NCBI GenBank assembly: GCA_028275445.1
Contig: JAPWUQ010000003.1
Span: forward strand, 1 to 43,660
Source: Anaerolineae bacterium
Lineage (GTDB): Bacteria > Chloroflexota > Anaerolineae > JACIWP01
DNA length: 43,660 bases
Reading direction: 5' to 3'
Shown here: positions 35,734 through 43,660 of the stretch, one piece after another
Layout: each line of letters starts with the position of its first letter
Position numbering within the stretch: the stretch's first letter is position 1
The notes under the pieces: generated by a model
Databases searched by the model: none
What the model saw: the letters and a program-made list of their open reading frames with translations, nothing else
Told to the model about the DNA's origin: nothing
Program-made: the position numbers and the translations under genes

Positions 35734-37128
35734 CTATTTCGCCGGCACATGCAGGGCGCGGCCCTGGGCGGCCAGCGCCGCCTCCACAATAGCCTCTCCC
35801 AGCGTCGGGTGGGCGTGAATGGTGGTATCAATCTCCTCCAGCGTGGCCTCCAGGTTGATGGCCAGGGTGCCCTCGAGGATCAGGTCGCTGGCATGCGGCC
35901 CGACGATGTGCAGGCCCAGTATCTCGCCGAAGCGCCGGTCGGCCACGATCTTAATGAAGCCGTTGAACTCGCCGGCGGCCACGGCCTTGCCGTTGTTCAC
36001 CAGGGCGAATTTGCCGATCATCACGTCATGGCCGGCCTGGCGCGCCTGCTCCTCGCTCATTCCCACCGTCGCCGCCTCCGGGATGGTGAAGATGCATGCC
36101 GGCACCGCTTTGTAATTGATAAAGCTCTCTTTGCCGCAGGCATTCTCGGCCGCCACCACACCCTGCCGCATCGCCACATGCGCCAGCATCGAACCGCCAA
36201 CGACATCCCCAATGGCGTAAATCCCCGGCACGTTGGTCTCCATGCGGTTGTTGACCGCGATGCCTTTGGCCGAATAATGGACGCCGGCCACGTCCAGCGC
36301 CAGGCCCTCGACGTTCGGCTTCCGCCCCACCGCCAGCAGGACATTGTCCACGGTGACATCAAACGTGCCCTGCGGCCCCTCCACGGTGCAGGTCACCGCG
36401 CCGCCCGCCGGCGCGATGCGGGTCACCCGCGAGCCGGTGTGCACGGCGATGCCCTGCTGGCCTAACGTCCAGGCCAGCGCCTCGCCGATGTCATGATCCA
36501 CGGTGGGCACCAGCCGCGGCAGAAGCTCCACCAGGGTCACCTCCACGCCGCAGATGCCGAAGAGCGCGGCGAACTCCACGCCGATCGCTCCGCCGCCGAT
36601 GATGAGGAGCCGGCGCGGCAGTTCCTGCAGGGACAGCGCCTCCGTACTGCCGATGACCTGCGGCAGGTCAATGCCCGGGATAGGCAGGCTCATGGGGCTG
36701 GAACCGGTAGCGATGATGATGCGGGTGGGCCGCAGTACCTCCACGCCCTGTGGGGTGTTGACATGCAGTTTCCACGGCTCGCTGAAACGCGCTTCGCCCT
36801 TGATGATCTCGACGCCGGCCTTTTGCAGGAGCACCTCCACCCCTCCCACCAGTTGGGCTACCACCTGGTCCTTGCGCTCCTGTGCTTTCTTCCAATCCAG
36901 CTCCACCGCGCCGGTCTTCACCCCGAACTTCTCCGCCTCGCGCGCCGTATGCAGTACCTCCGCGGTGCGGAGAAGCGCCTTGGTGGGGATACATCCCCAG
37001 TTCAAACACACTCCGCCGACGCGCTCCCGCTCGATCAGGGTCACGCGGGCGCCAAGCTGACGGGCCCGCAAAGCGGCCACATAGCCGCCCGGCCCGGCTC
37101 CGATAACAGCGATGTGCAGGTTGTCCAT
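35734..37128 (-). CDS. lpdA: Dihydrolipoyl dehydrogenase (E3)
   Basis: GAGPGGYVAA, GGVCLNWGCIPTK redox disulfide, GGGAIGVE, HAHPTLGE. Confidence 0.96.
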   Translation of the reverse strand: MDNLHIAVIGAGPGGYVAALRARQLGARVTLIERERVGGVCLNWGCIPTKALLRTAEVLHTAREAEKFGVKTGAVELDWKKAQERKDQVVAQLVGGVEVLLQKAGVEIIKGEARFSEPWKLHVNTPQGVEVLRPTRIIIATGSSPMSLPIPGIDLPQVIGSTEALSLQELPRRLLIIGGGAIGVEFAALFGICGVEVTLVELLPRLVPTVDHDIGEALAWTLGQQGIAVHTGSRVTRIAPAGGAVTCTVEGPQGTFDVTVDNVLLAVGRKPNVEGLALDVAGVHYSAKGIAVNNRMETNVPGIYAIGDVVGGSMLAHVAMRQGVVAAENACGKESFINYKAVPACIFTIPEAATVGMSEEQARQAGHDVMIGKFALVNNGKAVAAGEFNGFIKIVADRRFGEILGLHIVGPHASDLILEGTLAINLEATLEEIDTTIHAHPTLGEAIVEAALAAQGRALHVPAK

Positions 37129-37167
37129 GGTATCTATCTCCTTGCGCACAGGAATGATGGCACACGT

Positions 37168-38268
37168 TCAGGCGCGGCCGGCCGCGGCCCCCGTCCGCTG
37201 GCCGCGCAGATACTGCGAGAGTGAGACCGCCTGCCCGCCGCGGTACACCTTCACGATTTCCGCCAGGATGGAGAGAGCGATCTCCGCCGGCGTCTTGGCG
37301 CCGATATCCAACCCGATGGGGGCGTGCACCCGCTCCAAAAGCTGGCGCGGGATGCCCTCCTCCTGCTCCAGCAGTTCGAAAACGCCGCGCACCCGCCGGC
37401 GACTGCCAATCATGCCGATATAGCCGGCCGGCGAACGGATAACCGCCCGCAGGCAGGTCACGTCGTGCTGATGCCCACGGGTGATGATGACGATGTAGGT
37501 ATCGGGGTCAATGGACAGCGAGCGCAGTGCCTTGTCAAAGTGATCGCAGATGAGCTGGTCGGCCGTCGGGAAGCGAGCCGGATTGACGAAGGTAGGGCGG
37601 TCGTCAATGACGATGACGCGAAAGTCCAGCATCTTCGCCATCTGCGCCAGGGGCACGGCGATGTGGCCGGCGCCGGCGATGACCACCGTCGGACGAGCGC
37701 GGTGCACATCCACAAACCATGTCTCGCCGCTGTCGAGGAGAGTCACCAGGCCCGAACGCCGCTCTGCCAGCAGGCGCTCGACGGCCCTGCCAAAGGCGTG
37801 CGAACGTTCCTGTATGGCATCCAGTTCGTCGGGGGTAATCAGCAAATGCTGGACGGGGGCAGGCGGCAGTCGCGTCGCCAGCGCCCACGGGCCGGCCGCT
37901 TCCCCGCCCGCCAGCCGCTCCAGCAGTGGCCTCCAGTGCGCTGGCTCCTCATCGGCCGGCGGCCAGGGCTCCACCAGCACCTCCATCACTCCGCCGCAGA
38001 TACCGTCGCTTTCCAGCGATATTTCCCCGGTCAGGTCCACGCGCACAATCGCCGCCTGCCGGCTGGCGATGACATCCAGGGCCTGACGCAGGACCTCCGC
38101 CTCGCCGCATCCGCCGCCCACGGTGCCGGCATGCCGGCCTTCGGGATGGATCATCATTTTGGCCCCGACCTCGCGCGGGGTCGAGCCGGCGGTGCGGATA
38201 ATGGTCGCCAGCGCGACCGTCTGTCCCGTGTCAACGGCCTCCTTCAGAGCGGCGAAGACCTCTTCCAT
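37168..38268 (-). CDS. xdhC: XdhC/CoxF family molybdenum-hydroxylase maturation factor
   Basis: GSTPR..GAKM, GTVGGGCGE, ICGG, GAGH, DDR, TRGH..D, YIGMIGS, APIGLDIGAKTPAEIA. Confidence 0.92.
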   Translation of the reverse strand: MEEVFAALKEAVDTGQTVALATIIRTAGSTPREVGAKMMIHPEGRHAGTVGGGCGEAEVLRQALDVIASRQAAIVRVDLTGEISLESDGICGGVMEVLVEPWPPADEEPAHWRPLLERLAGGEAAGPWALATRLPPAPVQHLLITPDELDAIQERSHAFGRAVERLLAERRSGLVTLLDSGETWFVDVHRARPTVVIAGAGHIAVPLAQMAKMLDFRVIVIDDRPTFVNPARFPTADQLICDHFDKALRSLSIDPDTYIVIITRGHQHDVTCLRAVIRSPAGYIGMIGSRRRVRGVFELLEQEEGIPRQLLERVHAPIGLDIGAKTPAEIALSILAEIVKVYRGGQAVSLSQYLRGQRTGAAAGRA

Positions 38269-38285
38269 CCGTCCGTCCTCCGCCC

Positions 38286-39098
38286 TCAGCACTGGCGTTC
38301 CAGCCGGCGGGCCAGGATAAGCAGAGCGTGCAGGGTAGATGTGGCGATGGCGCGCGCTTTATCGGAGATGGTGTAGCACGCCTGGACATCCAGGCGCGGG
38401 TCCACATCGCCGATTTTGATGCCCGCCGGCACCTCCGTGCCCTCGCGGATCGCGCCGCGCAGTACGCCATCAAAGGGCGCCAGCACGGGCTGGCCGGCCA
38501 CCTCTCCCAGCACCTGGCCGGCGCGCACGATACTGCAGATGTCACATTCCCAATGCACCCGGCCGGCGGCCGGCGCGCGCAGGACGCGGTCCTCGGCATG
38601 CCCTTCCACCGGCGCCGGCACCCCCGTGTCCGGCTGGGCAGACCCCTCCCAGATAATACGGGCCAGGTAATGGCCGCGATTGGTCTCGATGACCGCATGG
38701 ACATCGCGGCCGGCGGCGAACCCCGGCCCCAGCCCGATGACGATGGGAGCCATATCCATGCGCGTGCCCACGTTAGCCTTGGCCATGATGGCGTCAATCA
38801 CCGCCAGCGGCGCCAACTCCAGGGCCTGTGAGAGGTCCGGATCCACCATCAGGGCAATATCGCCGGCGGCAAGGACAGCGTCCACATCCTCCACACTGCC
38901 GGCCAGCCGGGCCGTGACACCCTCGACCTGGGCGCGGCCGTCATACACCGCGTCGCAGAAAGCGACGGTGCGGCGCACGGCCATTGGGACGGGCACCTCG
39001 GTAATGACCACGCGAAAACCGACGGTATGCAGGCACCAGGCGACCGCACTGCCCAGGTCGCCGGCGCCGCGCACAATCACAAGCTCTGGTGGAATCAT
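38286..39098 (-). CDS. yqeB: Selenium-dependent molybdenum hydroxylase system protein, YqeB family
   Basis: VRGAGDLGS, VRRTVAF, IDAIMAK.N.GT, IGLGPGF.AG, ETNRGH.L, KIGDVDPR, ISDKA. Confidence 0.92.
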   Translation of the reverse strand: MIPPELVIVRGAGDLGSAVAWCLHTVGFRVVITEVPVPMAVRRTVAFCDAVYDGRAQVEGVTARLAGSVEDVDAVLAAGDIALMVDPDLSQALELAPLAVIDAIMAKANVGTRMDMAPIVIGLGPGFAAGRDVHAVIETNRGHYLARIIWEGSAQPDTGVPAPVEGHAEDRVLRAPAAGRVHWECDICSIVRAGQVLGEVAGQPVLAPFDGVLRGAIREGTEVPAGIKIGDVDPRLDVQACYTISDKARAIATSTLHALLILARRLERQC

Positions 39099-39132
39099 GC
39101 TGGCTACCTCGATGGCTTCAGATAGGTATCCC

Positions 39133-39960
39133 TCACGCGCCGGCGGCCTCCCATGTCGCGCGGATGAACGCCGCGGCGCGCCGCACTCCCTCCACGCCCA
39201 GCCGGCTGTTCTCCTCCATGCAGATCCAGCCGGCAAAACCGTGCCGCTTCAGGAAAGCGAAAATATCGGCGAACGGCACCAGGCCGGTGCCCAACAGCAC
39301 ATGGTTCAGCGCGCCGCGCGTGCTGGTATCGGCGGCGTGAATGCTGACCACCTGATCGATCACCTGCTCCAGGATGGGCAGGGGATCATCCCCATAGGCG
39401 ATGGGGTTAGCGGTGTCGAAATTGATGCCGATGGTAGTGCCGCGAATGCCCCTGGCCAGCTCCAGGAAGATATGGGTGGGCTGGTCAAAATCCGTGTACT
39501 GCCAACAGCCTGGTTTCCCGTGGTTTTCCAGCACCAGGCGCACGCCGGCCTCTTTGCCGGCATCCTCGCAGGCCAGCAGTCCCTCCAGCGCCCAGCGGAT
39601 GCCGTCCCGCTCATCCAGGCCGGGATGCGCCTGGCCGGCGGTGACGCGTATCAGCTCCGCCCCCAGCAGGCCGGCGGCGCGGATATAGGCCCGCTCCTGC
39701 TCAATCTGGCGCCGGCGCTCGGCCGGGTCCGGATGGGTGAAATCGGGGTAAGAAGTGACCATCACCAGCCGCATGCCGGCCTCTTCGATAGAACGCCGCA
39801 CATCAGCCAGGTAGGCCGGCTCCAGGCTCCTCAGAAAGAGCACAGAGATATCAATGCCGTCCAGCCCGACCTCAGCACCGATGCGCGCCCATTCGCCGAT
39901 GGACATGCGCCCTTCAATAATGTCCTGGAAGAATGAGACCGGTAGACAGCTCAAGCGCAT
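39133..39960 (-). CDS. Sugar-phosphate isomerase/epimerase (xylose isomerase-like TIM barrel)
   Basis: LENHGK, NFDTAN, IHAAD, G.G.VPF, ICME; own AAGGGAGG RBS before ATG 39960. Confidence 0.88.
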   Translation of the reverse strand: MRLSCLPVSFFQDIIEGRMSIGEWARIGAEVGLDGIDISVLFLRSLEPAYLADVRRSIEEAGMRLVMVTSYPDFTHPDPAERRRQIEQERAYIRAAGLLGAELIRVTAGQAHPGLDERDGIRWALEGLLACEDAGKEAGVRLVLENHGKPGCWQYTDFDQPTHIFLELARGIRGTTIGINFDTANPIAYGDDPLPILEQVIDQVVSIHAADTSTRGALNHVLLGTGLVPFADIFAFLKRHGFAGWICMEENSRLGVEGVRRAAAFIRATWEAAGA

Positions 39961-40362
39961 GGCGGGTCCTCCCTTGGATGCACTGCTGGTAGTGCCGATG
40001 CTCTCCGCCGCCTGACGGATGATGCGGGAGGGGTGCCGGCGGAGCATCTCGCGCGCGGCGGCCTTTTCCGGGCTGTCCGGAAGCCGGCGCAGGCTTTCCA
40101 CCACCGCCAGCCCCTGCACCACATCATGAGGGTATGCCAGGGCGCATTCGGCCAGCGGGAGCGCGGCGCCGGCCTCCCCGCGGTTCCCCAGGGTAATGAT
40201 GGCCGACATGCGCGCCTCCGGGTTCGGGTGCCGCAGGGCGTGGATGAGGCGCTCAGTGAACGTATGGCTTTGTTCCCATGCGGCGATGTCGACCCCACAA
40301 GCAGGACAGCGGACGGCATCGCGCTCCACCGGGGCAAAACATGCCGGGCAGTAGTACTGCAT
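39961..40362 (-). CDS. Zn-ribbon plus HEAT/PBS-lyase repeat domain; no stop codon, in frame with the downstream isomerase
   Basis: MQYYCPAC...RCPACG, RLIHALRHP..EAR..A...LG.RG; own TGgTATACT promoter element at about 40400-40408. Confidence 0.75.
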
Positions 40363-40515
40363 GGCCTTCCGTTGACGCCTTTGGCGAGTGTTCGCTCCCA
40401 GTATACCATAAGTTCGCCCATCGCGCACGCGCGCCGGCCTTCTTTCGCTCTTTTCCGCCCCGCGCCGGCTGTGGTACAATATGGGCGCCAGGAAACGCCC
40501 GGCACAGGAGGACCC

Positions 40516-42270
40516 ATGCCCATCCGCATTCTGCCCCCGGAAGTGGCCAGCCGCATCGCCGCCGGCGAAGTAGTGGAGCGGCCGGCCTCGGTGGTCAAAG
40601 AACTGCTGGAAAACGCCATTGACGCCGGCGCGCGGGACATCCAGATCGAGGTGGAAGAGGGAGGCCTGCGCCTGATCCGCGTCTCCGACGACGGATGCGG
40701 CATCCCCGCCGGCGAGGTGGAGCTGGCCTTCGCCCGCCACGCCACCAGCAAGCTCTCCGACGTGGAGGACCTGAACCGCATCGTCACCCTCGGGTTTCGC
40801 GGCGAGGCGCTGGCCAGCATCGCCGCCGTCTCCCGGGTCGAGATGTCCACCCGCTCCGCGGACGAGGAGGTCGGCACACAGCTTTCCCTGGAAGCCGGCG
40901 AGATTGTGCGCCGGCGCCCGGTGGGCCGGCCGCCCGGCACCAGCATCACGGTCGAGAACCTGTTCTTCAACGTGCCGGCGCGGCGCAAGTTTCTGCGCTC
41001 CCCGCTGACCGAGGCCGGCCACATCCAGGAGATCGTCACCTATTACGCCATGGCCTACCCGGCGCGCCGCATCTCCCTGACCCATAACGGCCGGCCCATC
41101 TTCCGCTCCCCCGGCACGGGCAACCTGCTGGATGTGCTCCTGGAGATACACGGGCCGGAGACCGCCGGCGCCCTGCTCCCCATCCAGACCACCGCGGAGG
41201 AACCTTCTCCGGTCATGGTATCGGGGTACGTCAGCCCGCCGGCGCTCCATCGCGCCGACCGCCGACACATGGTGTTCTTCGTCAACGGCCGCTGGGTGCG
41301 GGATAAGGCGCTGGCCTATGCCGTCCTGCAGGCCTATCACACCCTCCTGCCGGCCAACCGCTTCCCCATCGCCGTCGTGCAAATTCACCTCGACCCGGCG
41401 GAGGTGGATGTGAACGTGCACCCCACCAAGACCGAGGTGCGCTTCCGCGCCGCCGGCGAGGTCTTCCGCGCCGTCCAGCGCCAGGTGCGCGCTGCCCTGG
41501 TCCAGCAGGCGCCGGCCGCCCCCCAGTTCCACGTCCCTGGCTGGGGAGAGCGGCCCAGCCCATCCGCGGAAATCGTCGCCCGCCAGCAGATGCTGATGAG
41601 CGCCGGCCGGAGCGCGGTCGAACATGCCCTGCGCCTCATCCCGCCGGCCGAAGAGCCTGCCCCCGAGCCGGCCGGCACTCCCCCATCCCGGCTCCCCATC
41701 CTGCGCGTCGTCGGCCAGGTGCGGCAGATGTACATCATCGCCGAGGGCCCCGACGGGCTGTACCTCATTGACCAGCACGCGGCGCACGAGCGCGTCCTGT
41801 ACGAGCAGATGCTCTCCCAGGCGACCGCCGGCGTGCCCCTCTCCCAGGCCCTGCTGGAGCCGCAGGTGGTGCCGGTGGACCTGCGTCAGCAGGATGTCAT
41901 ACGCACGTATGACGAGGAACTGCGCTGGGTCGGCTTCGAGCTGGAGCCGTTCGGCGAAGGTGCGTTCCTCCTGCGGGCTGTGCCGGCGGTGCTGGCCGGC
42001 CGGCAGGACCCCCGCACCGCGCTCTATGAGGTGCTGGAAGAGCTGGAGCGCGGGGAAACCCCGCTGGCGCGCCGCAAAGATGCCGCTGTCATGGCCGCGG
42101 TGTGCAAGCGCGGCGCGGTGAAGGCCGGCCAAACCCTCAGCCACGAGGAAATGACGGAGCTGGTGCGCCGGTTGGAAGCCACATCCTCCCCGCAAACCTG
42201 CCCCCACGGCCGGCCGACCATGATTCATCTCAGCGCGGAAGCCCTGGCGCGCCAGTTCCTGCGCTCCTGA
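40516..42270 (+). CDS. mutL: DNA mismatch repair endonuclease MutL
   Basis: [64 protein letters not shown]. Confidence 0.98.
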   Translation: MPIRILPPEVASRIAAGEVVERPASVVKELLENAIDAGARDIQIEVEEGGLRLIRVSDDGCGIPAGEVELAFARHATSKLSDVEDLNRIVTLGFRGEALASIAAVSRVEMSTRSADEEVGTQLSLEAGEIVRRRPVGRPPGTSITVENLFFNVPARRKFLRSPLTEAGHIQEIVTYYAMAYPARRISLTHNGRPIFRSPGTGNLLDVLLEIHGPETAGALLPIQTTAEEPSPVMVSGYVSPPALHRADRRHMVFFVNGRWVRDKALAYAVLQAYHTLLPANRFPIAVVQIHLDPAEVDVNVHPTKTEVRFRAAGEVFRAVQRQVRAALVQQAPAAPQFHVPGWGERPSPSAEIVARQQMLMSAGRSAVEHALRLIPPAEEPAPEPAGTPPSRLPILRVVGQVRQMYIIAEGPDGLYLIDQHAAHERVLYEQMLSQATAGVPLSQALLEPQVVPVDLRQQDVIRTYDEELRWVGFELEPFGEGAFLLRAVPAVLAGRQDPRTALYEVLEELERGETPLARRKDAAVMAAVCKRGAVKAGQTLSHEEMTELVRRLEATSSPQTCPHGRPTMIHLSAEALARQFLRS

Positions 42271-42326
42271 AGGACGGGAACCGGGGAAAGGGACACCGCA
42301 GTGCCACACCCTCTTTCCAGCCGCAA

Positions 42327-42356
42327 TTGTACCGGGCAGGCGTTCTGTGGTATAAT
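42327..42356 (+). promoter_or_regulatory. sigma70-type promoter of DUF151/dnaB
   Basis: TTGTAC-18-TATAAT with extended -10 TG. Confidence 0.65.
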
Positions 42357-42407
42357 GATGTCAGCCGGCGGGACCACGCCGGCAGGCAGCGCATGAGGAG
42401 GCATGAA

Positions 42408-42917
42408 ATGATCCGAGTGGTGGTGGACAGCATCCGGGTGAGCCTGATGTCCCAACACCGCGTCGTCGTGCTGCGCGAAGTAGACGGAGACCGCTACCTG
42501 CCCATCTGGATCGGGCCGTTCGAGGCGGATTCCATAACCATCGAGCTCCAGGGCGTGCCGATGGCGCGGCCCCTGACCCACGACCTGCTCAAGTCCATCC
42601 TGGAAGAGCTGGGGGCGGAGGTGCAGTACGTCATCGTCAATGACCTGCGGGACGACACCTTCTACGCCCGCATCATCCTGGATGTCAACGGCGAGCGCCA
42701 CGAGATTGACTCCCGCCCCAGCGACGCCATCGCGTTGGCCGTGCGGGTCAAGGCGCCCATTTATGTGGCTCCCCATGTCATGGATGAGGCCGGCATCCTC
42801 TCCGAATCCGCCGAACAGGCCCCCGAACTCTCCGAGGAAGAGGAAGAGAACCTCTCCATCTTCGAGGAGTTCCTGGAGAACCTGGACCTGGGCGACGAAG
42901 AGGAGGACAAGAAGTAG
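42408..42917 (+). CDS. Bifunctional nuclease (DUF151) family protein
   Basis: [32 protein letters not shown]. Confidence 0.93.
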   Translation: MIRVVVDSIRVSLMSQHRVVVLREVDGDRYLPIWIGPFEADSITIELQGVPMARPLTHDLLKSILEELGAEVQYVIVNDLRDDTFYARIILDVNGERHEIDSRPSDAIALAVRVKAPIYVAPHVMDEAGILSESAEQAPELSEEEEENLSIFEEFLENLDLGDEEEDKK

Positions 42918-42977
42918 CGCCGGCCGGCGAGACGAACCAGCACTGCCCATCCACACCAGGCTGGACGAGGGAATGGG

Positions 42978-43660
42978 ATGATGGAAACGCGCGTGGAAGG
43001 GGATCACCTCCCGCCGCAGAACATCGAAGCCGAGGAAGCAGTCCTCGGCTCATTGTTAATTGACCCGGACGCGGTCATCAAGGTCGCGCCCATCCTGCGC
43101 GCCGACGATTTCTACCGCGTCAAAAACGGCTGGATCTACCAGGCCATTCTGGACCTGCATCAGCGCAACGAGCCGATAGATTTCCTCAGCGTCAGCGCGG
43201 AGCTGGAGCGCCGCGGGCAGTTGGATGAAGTGGGCGGCCGGTCGTATCTGGCCTCGCTCTATAACACGACGCCGACCAGCCTGCATGTGGAGCACTACGC
43301 CCGCATCGTGGAGCGCACGGCTGTCCTGCGCCGGCTCATCTCCGCCGCCGGCCAGATCGTGCAGATGGTCTACGAGGCCGGCGGGGACGTGGACAACATC
43401 ATTGACCGCGCCGAACAGCTCATCTTCGGCGTCTCGGAACGCCGCCTGCGCCGCGACCTGGTCCCCCTGCGCCAGCTCATGGAGGAATATTTCGAGCGGC
43501 TGGACTATCTGTACCGACACCAGGGGGAAATCATCGGCATCCCCACTGGCTTCCATCAACTGGACAAGCTCCTGGGCGGGCTTCAGCGTTCCGACCTCAT
43601 CATCGTCGCTGGCCGGCCCGGCACCGGCAAGACCAGCTTCGCCCTCAGCATCGCGCGCAA
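42978..43660 (+). CDS. dnaB: Replicative DNA helicase, 5' part (runs off window end)
   Basis: Manual translation: LPPQNIEAEEAVLGSLLID..., GIPTGFHQLDKLLGGLQRSDLIIVAGRPGTGKTSFAL (Walker A); not in the ORF track. Confidence 0.96.
   Translation, partial: MMETRVEGDHLPPQNIEAEEAVLGSLLIDPDAVIKVAPILRADDFYRVKNGWIYQAILDLHQRNEPIDFLSVSAELERRGQLDEVGGRSYLASLYNTTPTSLHVEHYARIVERTAVLRRLISAAGQIVQMVYEAGGDVDNIIDRAEQLIFGVSERRLRRDLVPLRQLMEEYFERLDYLYRHQGEIIGIPTGFHQLDKLLGGLQRSDLIIVAGRPGTGKTSFALSIAR

Noticed and set aside
40363-42309. N-terminal about 650 aa of the 1058-aa minus-strand ORF
   Set aside because: Antisense shadow of mutL; the real coding part starts at ATG 40362 with its own promoter element and RBS.
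43056-43559. 167-aa minus-strand ORF at the window end
   Set aside because: Antisense shadow of dnaB.

Overview
GC-rich bacterial chromosomal window; gene content and style suggest an anaerobic Chloroflexota (Anaerolineae-like) organism, which is an inference. About 43 real CDSs. Housekeeping: miaA (partial), an orphan MalK-type ATPase, yraN, rnhB, rplS, mutL, a DUF151 nuclease and dnaB (partial). Anaerobic metabolism: a non-pyrrolysine MttB-family methyltransferase, a W/Mo aldehyde:ferredoxin oxidoreductase, 2-oxoacid:ferredoxin oxidoreductase alpha/beta, lpdA, and XdhC and YqeB maturation factors. Also two signalling modules, an MFS exporter, a four-gene ECF transporter and a SAM-I riboswitch-controlled methionine operon. 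No rRNA, tRNA, CRISPR array, transposase or prophage gene was seen. Most notable: (1) an ErcA/ErcS-like Fe-alcohol dehydrogenase plus hybrid kinase co-located with a His-rich mini-protein and AOR; (2) an apparently circularly permuted HAD phosphatase behind a plant-type cystathionine gamma-synthase and aspartate kinase; (3) strong over-representation of the palindrome GCCGGC (HIP-like); (4) related TACGC/GCGTA inverted-repeat arrays flanking a GAF-kinase/NarL-type pair; (5) a Zn-ribbon/HEAT protein fused in frame to a sugar-phosphate isomerase; (6) two related REP-like palindromes used as terminators. Family calls are from motif recognition by eye; no database search was run.
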